DNA of 38,939 nucleotides from Solirubrobacterales bacterium. GTDB taxonomy: Bacteria > Actinomycetota > Thermoleophilia > Solirubrobacterales > 70-9. The number at the start of each line of letters is the position of its first letter. The stretch's first letter is position 1. Of the stretch, positions 1-8,585 are shown piece after piece. The DNA is taken from the NCBI GenBank assembly GCA_036406355.1, contig DASXBC010000046.1, forward strand, positions 1 to 38,939, given 5' to 3'. The translations under genes and the position numbers were made by a program. The notes below the pieces were generated by a model. The model ran no database searches and was not told the origin of the DNA. It saw nothing but the letters and a program-made list of their open reading frames with translations.

Positions 1-2
1 TC

Positions 3-155
3 GTCGGCCACAACCCCGACTTCAAGACGGAGGTCGGCCGCCTGACCGGCGCCAACGTGAAGTTCCGCAAGGGCGGCCTCGCGATTCTCGACGGCAGCAC
101 CCTGATGGCGCAGCTGCGACCGGCGGACCTGGCGGCGATAGCCGAGGGACGATGA
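3..155 (+). CDS. 3' end of a CDS entering from the left edge. The product cannot be identified from 50 aa.
   Basis: Open frame from the window edge: VGHNPDFKTEVGRLTGANVKFRKGGLAILDGSTLMAQLRPADLAAIAEGR. The TGA stop at 153-155 overlaps the ATG at 152 (ATGA coupling). It is absent from the ORF track because it has no start inside the window. Confidence 0.4.
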   Translation, partial: VGHNPDFKTEVGRLTGANVKFRKGGLAILDGSTLMAQLRPADLAAIAEGR

Positions 156-1039
156 GGCTCTGCCGGTTCCTCGACGGCGGCGGCGCCCGGCTCGGGCTCG
201 TCGAGGAAGAGGGTGTGATCGACCTGTCCGCGGCGGAGCCGGAGCTTCCTGCCGAGCCGGCGGCGGCGCTCGACGCCGCCGGGCCGGCGCGTCTGGCGGA
301 GCTTGCGGCGGGCGTCGGTCCGGCAGCGCCGCTGGAGGAGGTCGCGCTTCTCAGCCCGGCGCGACCCCGCAAGTACCTGGCGATCGCCCTCAACTACGCC
401 GACCACATCGCCGAGACCGGGATGGACGCGCCCCAGGTGCCCACCTTCTTCAACAAGCAGCCCACCTGTGTCGTCGGCTCGGGCGCCGCGATCCACATGC
501 CCGCCGTCTCGGACAAGCTCGACTACGAGGGCGAGCTGGCGATCGTGATCGGGAAGCGCTGCCGGCATGTGCCCCCCGAGCAGGCGGCCGGGGTGATCGC
601 CGGCTACACGATCGCCAACGATGTCTCGGTTCGCGACTGGCAGATGCGGGCTCCGACGATGACGATAGGCAAGTCGTTCGACACCCACGGTCCGCTCGGC
701 CCCTGGCTCGTCACCGGCGACGAGCTCGGCGATCCGCAGCGGCTCGGGATCCGGACCTTCGTCAACGACGAGCAGCGGCAGGACGGGAACACCTCGGAAA
801 TGGTGTTCGACTGCTTCCAGCAGGTCTCCCACCTCTCGGAAGCGTTCACCCTCGAGCCCGGCGACGTGATCGCGACCGGTACCCCGGCCGGGATCGGCGC
901 CTCGATCCAGCCCTTCCCGGACGGGCTGCTGAAGGTGGGCGACACGGTCCGGATCGAGATCGACGGGATCGGCGAGCTCCGCAACGACGTCATCGCCGAG
1001 CCCCCCGGCTTCCAGGTCCGCGACGACACTCCGGCCTGA
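152..1039 (+). CDS. Fumarylacetoacetate hydrolase (FAH) family protein
   Basis: 295-aa ORF with FAH-fold C-terminal blocks (DYEGELAIVIGK, GDVIATGTPAGIG) and GC3-rich codon usage. Translationally coupled to the upstream fragment. Confidence 0.85.
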   Translation: MRLCRFLDGGGARLGLVEEEGVIDLSAAEPELPAEPAAALDAAGPARLAELAAGVGPAAPLEEVALLSPARPRKYLAIALNYADHIAETGMDAPQVPTFFNKQPTCVVGSGAAIHMPAVSDKLDYEGELAIVIGKRCRHVPPEQAAGVIAGYTIANDVSVRDWQMRAPTMTIGKSFDTHGPLGPWLVTGDELGDPQRLGIRTFVNDEQRQDGNTSEMVFDCFQQVSHLSEAFTLEPGDVIATGTPAGIGASIQPFPDGLLKVGDTVRIEIDGIGELRNDVIAEPPGFQVRDDTPA

Positions 1040-1041
1040 GC

Positions 1042-1839
1042 ATGCGGACCGCCCACCGGGCCCACCTCAACCTCGTGGACAGCTCGCGGCAGCTGTTCGA
1101 ACTCGATTCCGGAGCGGCGGTCGTCGCCGAGGAGGGCTGCTTGCTCGGCGCGGGCAGCTCCGACAACCCGGCGATCTCCAATGCCGCCTTCCGGGTCGAC
1201 GACGATCTCGACCCGGTGGAGCTGCTGCGCCGGGCGCGCGAGTTCTTCGGCGCCCGAGGTCGCGGCTTCTCGCTCTGGACGCGCGGAAACGAGCCGGAGG
1301 ACCGCGACCTGCTCGAGGTCGCCCGCGAGGAGGGGCTCAGCCCCTTCTTCGAAATGCCGGAGATGGTGATGGAGGGACGGGCCGAGCAGACGCCCTTTCC
1401 GGACGATGTCGAGCTTCGCCGCCTCCGCGACGCCGAGGATGCGGCCCACTACTGGCGGGTCGCCAGGGAGTCCTACACCAGCGTCGGGTTCCCGCCCGAG
1501 GTCTTCGACCACTACGACGACCACAGCGGCCTCGTCGCCGAGAACGCGGTGGCGCTCCTCGCCTACCGAGGAGCCGAGCCGGTCGCGATCGCGATGACCA
1601 TCGTCACCGACGGCGTCGCCGGGATCTACTGGGTCGGGACGGCCGACGGAGCCCGCGGCAAGGGCCTGGGACGGGCGATCACGGCGGCCGCCGTCAACGC
1701 CGGCTTCGACCTCGGCGCCGACCTCACCTCGCTGCAGGCGTCACCGATGGGTGAGCCGATCTACCGGACGATGGGCTTCGAGACGATCTACGACTACAGG
1801 CTGCTGATGGCGGCGGCGCCGCAGGAGACCGGGATATGA
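1042..1839 (+). CDS. GNAT family N-acetyltransferase
   Basis: 265-aa ORF with an acetyl-CoA-binding-type block (GARGKGLGRAITAAAV). It starts 2 nt after the FAH stop. Its stop overlaps the next start (ATGA at 1836-1839). Confidence 0.75.
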   Translation: MRTAHRAHLNLVDSSRQLFELDSGAAVVAEEGCLLGAGSSDNPAISNAAFRVDDDLDPVELLRRAREFFGARGRGFSLWTRGNEPEDRDLLEVAREEGLSPFFEMPEMVMEGRAEQTPFPDDVELRRLRDAEDAAHYWRVARESYTSVGFPPEVFDHYDDHSGLVAENAVALLAYRGAEPVAIAMTIVTDGVAGIYWVGTADGARGKGLGRAITAAAVNAGFDLGADLTSLQASPMGEPIYRTMGFETIYDYRLLMAAAPQETGI

Positions 1840-2255
1840 AGCAGCGCGTCAGCCTGATCACCCTCGGGGTCCGGGACCTCGACCGGGCGCGAGCCTTCTA
1901 CCAGGCCCTCGGCTGGAGGACCGGCGCCGCGCCCGAGGACGACGTCGTCTTCTTCCAGGCCGGCGAGATGGTTCTGGCGCTGTGGGACCGGGCGAGACTC
2001 GCCGAGGACAGCTGCGTCGAGGACGGCGGCGGCTGGGGCGGCGTGACCCCCGCCCTCAACCTCGGCTCGCCGGCCGAGGTCGACGCCTCGATCGAGGAGG
2101 CTCGCGCCGCCGGCGCCCGCATCGGCCGCGAGCCGGCCGAAACGTTCTGGGGCGGATACAGCGGCGTCTTCATCGACCCCGAGGGCCACCCATGGGAGAT
2201 CGCCCACAACCCGCACTGGACGCTCACCGAGGACGGCGGCGTCCGCATCGACTGA
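1836..2255 (+). CDS. VOC (glyoxalase/bleomycin-resistance/dioxygenase) family protein
   Basis: 139-aa ORF. The N-terminus LITLGVRDLDRARAFYQALGW and the C-terminus DPEGHPWEIAHNP are typical of small VOC proteins. Confidence 0.8.
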   Translation: MKQRVSLITLGVRDLDRARAFYQALGWRTGAAPEDDVVFFQAGEMVLALWDRARLAEDSCVEDGGGWGGVTPALNLGSPAEVDASIEEARAAGARIGREPAETFWGGYSGVFIDPEGHPWEIAHNPHWTLTEDGGVRID

Positions 2256-2263
2256 GGGCCTGC

Positions 2264-2917
2264 TCAGGGGCCCAGCCGGAACGGCGGGTACTTGTCGGTG
2301 ATCAGGGTGAAGGCATAGCCGACGACCCTGTTGTGCCAGCGGTAGACCCCCTCGACGAAGTCGAAGGCGCCGCGCGGGTAGCGGCCGGTGAAGAGGATCG
2401 CGAACCAGGCGAAGACGACGGTGAAGAAGGCGCCGATGTAGAGGAAGAAGAGGACGACGTAATGGGGGATCGCCAGCAGCCACTTGACGAGGGGCATCCC
2501 CCGCTGCAAGTCGGTCTCGGCGTTCGGATAGGGATAGTCGAGGTGGACCGCCTGCATCTCGTCGGTCGACGGATAGCTGTCGTCCATCAATGAGATGTAG
2601 ACCCCGACCCGGTTCGAGAAGCGGCTGACTTCGAGGTTCCAGTCGAACCACCAGCGGGGGTACTTCTTGCGGAACAGCAGCATCAGGACCGTCGGCAGGG
2701 TCAGCAGGCCGATCCCGGCGCCGGCGTACGCGTACGCGCTGCCCTCCTCGCCCGAGCCCCAGTAGATCCCGACGAGCAGCACGAAGACGATGTAGATCGG
2801 GATCACCGTGAAGATCCGGAAGAACGTCGTCAGCCGATTCAGCGGGCGGTCCGGGTACTCGACGGAGAACGTGACCGGGTAGTCCGAGGGCTCGGTGCGC
2901 TCGATGCTGGCCTCCAT
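2264..2917 (-). CDS. DUF4389 domain membrane protein
   Basis: Track ORF 2264..2980 trimmed to the ATG at 2917, which has AAGGAGG 5 nt upstream. It has hydrophobic helices plus DUF4389-like blocks (RLTTFFRIFTVIPIYIV, RYPRGAFDFVEGVYRWHNRV, KYPPFRL). Confidence 0.75.
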   Translation of the reverse strand: MEASIERTEPSDYPVTFSVEYPDRPLNRLTTFFRIFTVIPIYIVFVLLVGIYWGSGEEGSAYAYAGAGIGLLTLPTVLMLLFRKKYPRWWFDWNLEVSRFSNRVGVYISLMDDSYPSTDEMQAVHLDYPYPNAETDLQRGMPLVKWLLAIPHYVVLFFLYIGAFFTVVFAWFAILFTGRYPRGAFDFVEGVYRWHNRVVGYAFTLITDKYPPFRLGP

Positions 2918-3082
2918 GCTGACCTCCTTGCTCCCTTGGGACTGGACGAGTGCGCATCCTCGCGCACCGATCGGCGGCAATCGCCCGCCGCCCGGCCGGC
3001 TGACTGGCCGATCAACCAGGGTTACGCCGTTCCATGTAGCCTCCCCCGCCGATTCACGAACCAGGAGGGAGTGCGCAATCTG

Positions 3083-3913
3083 ATGGGACTTCTAGACGGT
3101 AAGGCGGCGATCGTCACCGGGTCGGCCCGGGGAATCGGCCGCGCCACGGCGGAGCTCTTCGCCGCCGAGGGGGCGAGGGTCTTGATCAACGACCTCGATG
3201 CCGATATCGCCGAGCAGGCCTCGAACGAGATCGACGGCGAGACCGCCGTCCACGCCGGCGACCTGACCAAGCCTGACGCCGCCGACCAGCTGGTGGCCGC
3301 CGGGGTCGAGGCCTTCGGCGCGGTCGACATCGTCGTCAACAACGCCGGCTACACCTGGGACGGCGTCGTCCACCGGATGACCGACGAGCAGTTCCAGGCG
3401 ATGCTCGACATCCACACGATCGTCCCCTTCCGGATCACCCGGGCGCTGGCCCCGCACTGGCGCGAGGCGGCGAAGGCCGAGCGCGGCGAGGGCAAGGAGG
3501 TCTTCCGCAAGATCGTCAACGTCTCCTCGATCTCGGGGACGATGGGGAACGCCGGCCAGGCCAACTACTCGGCCGCCAAGGCCGGCGTCGTCGGGCTGAC
3601 CAAAACCATCGCCAAGGAGTGGGGGCAGTTCAAGGTCAACGTCAACGCGGTCGCCTTCGGCTTCGTCGAGACGCGGCTCACGGCGGCGAAGGAGGCGGGG
3701 GAAGAAATGACCTCTCCGACCGGCGAGAAGATCGAGCTCGGGATTCCCGAGCAGATGCGCTCGATGGCCTCGGCGATCATCCCGCTGGGGCGCCCGGCCC
3801 AGCCCGATGAGGCGGCGGGCCCGGTTCTATTCCTCTGCTCCCAGCATGCGAACTACGTGCACGGGCAGATCCTCAACGTGACCGGCGGGCAGTTCGGGGG
3901 GATGTACACCTGA
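3083..3913 (+). CDS. SDR family oxidoreductase (FabG-like 3-oxoacyl reductase type)
   Basis: Track ORF 2936..3913 trimmed to the ATG at 3083, preceded by AGGAGGGA. Carries the TGSARGIG Rossmann motif, NNAG, and the YSAAK catalytic motif. Confidence 0.85.
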   Translation: MGLLDGKAAIVTGSARGIGRATAELFAAEGARVLINDLDADIAEQASNEIDGETAVHAGDLTKPDAADQLVAAGVEAFGAVDIVVNNAGYTWDGVVHRMTDEQFQAMLDIHTIVPFRITRALAPHWREAAKAERGEGKEVFRKIVNVSSISGTMGNAGQANYSAAKAGVVGLTKTIAKEWGQFKVNVNAVAFGFVETRLTAAKEAGEEMTSPTGEKIELGIPEQMRSMASAIIPLGRPAQPDEAAGPVLFLCSQHANYVHGQILNVTGGQFGGMYT

Positions 3914-3957
3914 GCGGGTCGGCGACAGAGGGGAGGTCCCAGGTCCGCTACCTGGAC

Positions 3958-4395
3958 GTGGCGGACCGGACCTGGCCTCTCCTCCGTCGTCTCGCCGGCC
4001 TCCACACCCTGCTCTACCGCGCGACCGGCGGCCGGTTCGGGCTGAGCGTCCCGGGCGGCCCGGGACGGATGCTTCTCCTCGACCACGTCGGCGCGAAGAG
4101 CGGGACCGAGCGCACCTGCCCCCTGCTCTACATCGAGGACGGCGACAACGTCGTGGTAATCGCCTCCAAGGGCGGATACCCGAGACATCCGGCTTGGTAC
4201 CACAACCTGATGGCCAACCCCGACACCGCGGTCCAGATCGGCAACGAGCGTCGCCGGGTGCGCGCCCGGCTCGCCACGCCCGAGGAGCACCAGCGCCTCT
4301 GGCCCGAGGCGGTCAGGGTCTGGGGCGGGTACGCCGACTACCAGGCGCGGAGCAAGGGGCGCGAGATCCCGATGGTCGTCCTCGAGCCCCGCTAG
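3958..4395 (+). CDS. Deazaflavin (F420)-dependent nitroreductase family protein (DUF385/Ddn-like)
   Basis: 145-aa ORF with a GTG start. Family blocks present: LLLDHVGAKSGTERTCPL, ASKGGYPRHPAWYHNL, and a C-terminal IPMVVLEPR. Confidence 0.8.
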   Translation: MADRTWPLLRRLAGLHTLLYRATGGRFGLSVPGGPGRMLLLDHVGAKSGTERTCPLLYIEDGDNVVVIASKGGYPRHPAWYHNLMANPDTAVQIGNERRRVRARLATPEEHQRLWPEAVRVWGGYADYQARSKGREIPMVVLEPR

Positions 4396-5249
4396 TCCTT
4401 CGGCCGTCGCTCCTCGGCGACGGGATCGCCGCCCTCGCCGACGATCGCATCCGGGGGCCACGGCCCTGCCCAGTTGTCGCGAGCACCGTCGATCGTGATC
4501 GTCGTCCCGGAGACGAAGTCGCCGGCCGGCGAGGCGAGATAGGCGACGAGCCAGGCGAGCTCCTCGGCCCGTCCGGCGCGCCCGATCGGGATCGAGCGCT
4601 CGAGGTTTTCGACCACCACCTGCGGATACTTGGTCAGCAGCGTCTCGGTCGCGAACTGGCCTGCCGCCAGCGCGCAGGTCGTGATCCCGAACCGCGCCCA
4701 CTCGACCGCGAGCGTCCGCATCATGTTCTCGACCGCAGCGCGGGCCGCGCCCGAGTGGACCATCCCGGGCATCCCGTGGTGCGGGGAGAGGGTGACGCTG
4801 AGGACCTTGCCGCCCCCCTGGGGGATGAACCCCCTGGTCGCCGCGGCATGGGTCATCAGCCAGGTCCCCTGCACGTTCAACTCGGTCACCGTGCGGAAGC
4901 CCTTCGGGCTGATCGCCTCGGCCGGGCTGAGGAACTGCCCGCCGGCGTTGTTGACGAGGACATCGAGCCTTCCGTGGCGCTCGAGCAGGCCGTCGATCAG
5001 CCGCTCGACCGCCTCCTCCTCGCGGATGTCCATCGCCTCGTGCTCGAAGCTTCCCGCCAGCCCCTCGGCGAGGGCCTCGGTCTCGGCCAGCGGCTCCTCC
5101 CGGCGCCCGCAGCCGACCACCTTCGCGCCGAGCCGGGCCAACTCGAGCGCGGTCTCGCGCCCGAGGCCGCTGCCTGAGCCGGAGACGAGGCAGACCTGGC
5201 CCTCGAGCAGGCCGTCCCTGAATATGCGCGAACGAGCGCTCTCAGACAT
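4392..5249 (-). CDS. SDR family oxidoreductase (enoyl/dienoyl-CoA reductase-like)
   Basis: 285-aa ORF with the SGSGSGLG Rossmann motif and NNAGG. Overall it resembles the peroxisomal trans-2-enoyl-CoA reductase/DECR type. Its stop shares a CTAG with the convergent gene. Confidence 0.8.
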   Translation of the reverse strand: MSESARSRIFRDGLLEGQVCLVSGSGSGLGRETALELARLGAKVVGCGRREEPLAETEALAEGLAGSFEHEAMDIREEEAVERLIDGLLERHGRLDVLVNNAGGQFLSPAEAISPKGFRTVTELNVQGTWLMTHAAATRGFIPQGGGKVLSVTLSPHHGMPGMVHSGAARAAVENMMRTLAVEWARFGITTCALAAGQFATETLLTKYPQVVVENLERSIPIGRAGRAEELAWLVAYLASPAGDFVSGTTITIDGARDNWAGPWPPDAIVGEGGDPVAEERRPKD

Positions 5250-5260
5250 GAGCCATCAGA

Positions 5261-5323
5261 TTTCGTGCTTCGTTCGCTGCGCAAACGAGTCAGATATGCA
5301 TGCTTGCTCTCTCCGCACTCAGG
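5261..5323 (-). promoter_or_regulatory. Conserved ~60-nt leader element, copy A, 11 nt upstream of the SDR start at 5249
   Basis: Reverse complement reads TGAGTGCGGAGAGAGCAAGCATGCATATCTGACTCGTTTGCGCAGCGAACGAAGCACGAAA. It aligns with 11612-11671 at about 53 of 61 columns by hand count, and with the reverse complement of 9181-9235. Confidence 0.6.
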
Positions 5324-5352
5324 TCAGCCTATAGGCGGCATCACCAGGGGTA

Positions 5353-6276
5353 ATGTCCGCCGCGATGAAGGTGCAGGTGGAGGCAAAACCGCTGCACGAG
5401 CCGCTTTCCGGCGGGACCCCTGGCGCGACGGTCACGGTCGAGCCGATCGTCACCGGCACGACCAACTTTCCCAGGGCGCTGATGGAAAGCCCAGGTGGCC
5501 GCTTCCTGGGGGCGCGCCTGGGATGGGCTCTCCTGACCGGCAAGGAAGCAACCGAGGTTCCCTGTCCCGTCTTCCTCATCCGCCACCCGAGCGCCGGCGC
5601 GATCCTCGTCGACACCGGCCTGCACCCCTCGATCGCGACCGACGCCGAAGAGAACTTCGGCCGCCTGCCGACCCGCTTCGGCAAGCCGAATGTCAGGCCC
5701 GACGGCGACGCTCCGGCCCAGCTCCGCAAGCGCGGCCTCGACCCCGGCGAGATCCCCGTCGTCGTCATGACCCACCTCCACATCGACCACACGTCGGCGA
5801 TCTCCGAGTTCCCGAACTCGACCTTCGTCGCCAGCGAGCTCGAGTGGCAGGACGCCACCCAAGGCAGCCGGCCGACGCTGAAGGGCTACCGCCGGATTCA
5901 CCTCGACTTCGCCTTCGACTACCGGACCGTCGACTTCGACCGCGGTGGGATCGGCTCCTACGCGACCTTCGGCCGGACCTTCGACCTCTTCGGCGACGGC
6001 TCGGTCAGGCTCGCTTACACCCCCGGTCACTCGGCGGGACACATGTCAGTGGTCGCGCGGCTGAAGGAGACTGACTTCGTGATCGGCGGCGACGCCGCCT
6101 ACACGGTCGCCCAGCTCGACGGCGTCGCGCCGCTGCCGCCGCGTCCGTTCGACGCCCACAACTACCGTCGCTCGCTGCAGGAGCTGAGGCTGTTTCGGCG
6201 CGAGTACCCGGCGGCGGTCGTCACCCCGGGACATGACGCGGGGTTCTACGAAGGGCTCGAGCCGCGCTACGAGTAG
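5353..6276 (+). CDS. MBL-fold metallo-hydrolase (N-acyl homoserine lactonase-like)
   Basis: 307-aa ORF with the HxHxDH motif (THLHIDHTSA) and a downstream TPGHSAGH. Confidence 0.8.
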   Translation: MSAAMKVQVEAKPLHEPLSGGTPGATVTVEPIVTGTTNFPRALMESPGGRFLGARLGWALLTGKEATEVPCPVFLIRHPSAGAILVDTGLHPSIATDAEENFGRLPTRFGKPNVRPDGDAPAQLRKRGLDPGEIPVVVMTHLHIDHTSAISEFPNSTFVASELEWQDATQGSRPTLKGYRRIHLDFAFDYRTVDFDRGGIGSYATFGRTFDLFGDGSVRLAYTPGHSAGHMSVVARLKETDFVIGGDAAYTVAQLDGVAPLPPRPFDAHNYRRSLQELRLFRREYPAAVVTPGHDAGFYEGLEPRYE

Positions 6277-7034
6277 TTCGTTTTCCCCGGCTCTGGGGTG
6301 ACCCCCTCGCGGAGGGTGCGAATAACGTTTCGCCGGCCCTGCTCGTCGAGGCGCGTGTACATCGCCCGCACCCGGTCGAAGATCTCCGTCGCGACTTCGA
6401 GCTGGCGCTCGCGGCCCGGCGACTCCTCGGCCGAGAAGGAGAGCGGCTCGCCGAACTGCACCGTCACCTTCGGGAAGCGGAACCGCTTCCAGCGCCGGAC
6501 GGTTGCGGATCCGTGGATCGCGACCGGGATCACGGGTACGCCGGACTCGAGCGCGAGCCGGCCGACACCCGGTTTCGGGTCGCCGAGCTCGCCGCTGCGG
6601 GAACGCCCGCCCTCGGCGTAGATCAGCAGCATCCCGCCCTGGTCGAGGACCGTGTAGGCAGTCGCGAACGCCTCCTCGTCATGGTGGCCGCGGCGGACCG
6701 GGATCACGCCGCCGTGCTTGAAGATGTAATTCAGCACCGGGTTGCCGAAGAGCTGCGATTTCGCCATGAACCGGATCTGTCGGCGTAGGTAAAGGCCGGT
6801 GAAGAAGTGGTCCATCTGGCTGAAGTGGTTGGGCGCCAGGATCAACGGCCCTGACTTCGGCACGTTCTTCACTCCGATGGCGCGAGTGCGGTAGAGCAGG
6901 AGCGCCGGGGGCGTGACGAGGGTGCGGACGAGAGGGTAAGTCCAGCCGACGCCTCGGCGAGCGGCGGCATGGAACTGGTCGAAGTACTCCGCCGGGCGAT
7001 CGTCCTTGTAGACCTGTGGCTTGATGTCGGGCAT
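6267..7034 (-). CDS. plsC: 1-acyl-sn-glycerol-3-phosphate acyltransferase family protein
   Basis: 255-aa ORF with the acyltransferase motifs NHFSQMDH (HX4D) and YAEGGRSRSG. It lies directly downstream of glpK on the same strand. Confidence 0.8.
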   Translation of the reverse strand: MPDIKPQVYKDDRPAEYFDQFHAAARRGVGWTYPLVRTLVTPPALLLYRTRAIGVKNVPKSGPLILAPNHFSQMDHFFTGLYLRRQIRFMAKSQLFGNPVLNYIFKHGGVIPVRRGHHDEEAFATAYTVLDQGGMLLIYAEGGRSRSGELGDPKPGVGRLALESGVPVIPVAIHGSATVRRWKRFRFPKVTVQFGEPLSFSAEESPGRERQLEVATEIFDRVRAMYTRLDEQGRRNVIRTLREGVTPEPGKTNYS

Positions 7035-7091
7035 GTCCGGATGGCCGATCTAACCGGCCCTCGCCCTGCCTACCCCCTGGCGGGGCGGGGG

Positions 7092-8555
7092 TTACGCAGC
7101 CTCGCCGGGCAGCACCCAGGCCCGCGAACGCTCGAGCGCTCGGCGCCATTCCGCCAGCAGCGGGTCCCGCCTATCGGCGCCGATGCCGGGCTCATAGCGG
7201 GCCGACTCCCGCCAGGTCCGCCGGACGTCCTCCTCGCTCCAGTGGCCGGTCGCGATCCCGGCAAGGTAGGCGGCGCCGAGCGCCGTCGTCTCGCTGATCT
7301 CGGGGACGATAACCGGCGCGCCGAGGACGTCCGCCTGGAACTGCATCAGCCACTCGTTCGCGACCGCGCCGCCGTCCGCTTTGAGCTCGGCCAGCCGCTC
7401 TCCCGCCGCCGCCTCCTGTGCCCTGACGGCGTCGACCGTCTGGTAGGCGATCGCCTCGAGCGCGGCGCGGGCGAGGTGCGCGCGTCCGCTCCCCCGCGTC
7501 AGTCCGACGATCGTGCCACGCGCGTACGGGTCCCAGTACGGGGACCCGAGGCCGGTCAGCGCCGGCACGAAGTAGACGCCCTCGTTGCCCTCGAGCGAGG
7601 CCGCCAGCTCCTCGGTCTCCCCCGCCTCGGCGACGATGCCGAGCCCATCACGCAGCCACTGGATCGCAGCTCCGGTGACGAAGATCGAGGCCTCGAGGGC
7701 ATAGGCGGGAACGCCACCGGTCTCGCAGGCGACCGTCGAGAGCAGCCCGTCGGCCGGCTCTGGGAGGTCGGTGCCGGTGTGGAGGAGGACGAAGCTGCCG
7801 GTCCCGTATGTGTTCTTCGCGCTGCCGGCGCGATGGCAGGCCTGTCCGAACAGCGCCGCCTGCTGGTCGCCGGCGATCCCGGCGACGGGAACCTCGCCGC
7901 CGAACTCGGTCGTGGTCCCGAATACGCCCGAGGAGGGAAGCGCTTCCGGCAAGCTTCCAGGGTCGACGCCGAGCATCGCGCAGAGCTCCTCGTCCCAGCG
8001 ATGCCGGCGGATGTCGAACAGCATCGTCCGCGACGCGTTGGTCCGGTCGGTGGCGTGACGCCCGGTCAGCTTGAAAAGCAGCCAGGAGTCGATCGTCCCG
8101 AAGAGGGCGCGATCGGCGCCCTCGACGTTGCGCAGCAGCCACTCGATCTTCGTCCCCGAGAAATAGGGGTCGAGGACCAGGCCGCTCCGCTCGCGGACGA
8201 GTCCCTCCCGCCCCTCGGAGCGCAGCTCCTCGCAGCGCTCGGCGGTGCGGCGGTCCTGCCAGACGAGCGCCCGGTGGATCGGCTCGCCGCTGGCCGGGTC
8301 CCAGGCGACCACCGTCTCGCGCTGGTTGGTGATGCCGATCGCCTCGAGCTCGCCGCCTTCGATCCCCGCGTCGGCTATCGCCTCGGCGGCGACCCGCCGC
8401 GTCGTCTCCCAGATCTCCGCCGCGTCGTGCTCGACCCAGCCGGGACGCGGGAAGTGCTGCTCGAACTCGGAATAGGCACGACCCGCGATCCGCGCCTCGT
8501 CGTCGAAGACGAGGCAGGTCGTGCCCGTCGTGCCCTGGTCGATCGCGAGGATCAT
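7092..8555 (-). CDS. glpK: Glycerol kinase
   Basis: 487-aa ORF. The N-terminus ILAIDQGTTGTTCLVFD and FGGY-family blocks run through the whole length (GITNQRETVVAWD, YFSGTKIEWLL, GDQQAALFGQ). Confidence 0.95.
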   Translation of the reverse strand: MILAIDQGTTGTTCLVFDDEARIAGRAYSEFEQHFPRPGWVEHDAAEIWETTRRVAAEAIADAGIEGGELEAIGITNQRETVVAWDPASGEPIHRALVWQDRRTAERCEELRSEGREGLVRERSGLVLDPYFSGTKIEWLLRNVEGADRALFGTIDSWLLFKLTGRHATDRTNASRTMLFDIRRHRWDEELCAMLGVDPGSLPEALPSSGVFGTTTEFGGEVPVAGIAGDQQAALFGQACHRAGSAKNTYGTGSFVLLHTGTDLPEPADGLLSTVACETGGVPAYALEASIFVTGAAIQWLRDGLGIVAEAGETEELAASLEGNEGVYFVPALTGLGSPYWDPYARGTIVGLTRGSGRAHLARAALEAIAYQTVDAVRAQEAAAGERLAELKADGGAVANEWLMQFQADVLGAPVIVPEISETTALGAAYLAGIATGHWSEEDVRRTWRESARYEPGIGADRRDPLLAEWRRALERSRAWVLPGEAA

Positions 8556-8585
8556 TGAAGAACTGGATCGCGCGCCGCGACCAGG

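Noticed and set aside
1794-2957. 387-aa minus-strand ORF overlapping the VOC and DUF4389 genes
   Set aside because: Shadow frame. The DUF4389 frame (2264..2917) gives TM helices and family blocks, and the VOC gene is on the other strand.
3942-3967. 7-bp inverted repeat GGTCCGC-N12-GCGGACC enclosing the GTG start of the nitroreductase-family gene, with GGGGAGG 21 nt upstream
   Set aside because: The stem is short and GC-rich in a GC-rich genome, so chance is a sufficient explanation. It is noted only because the Shine-Dalgarno to start spacing is long.
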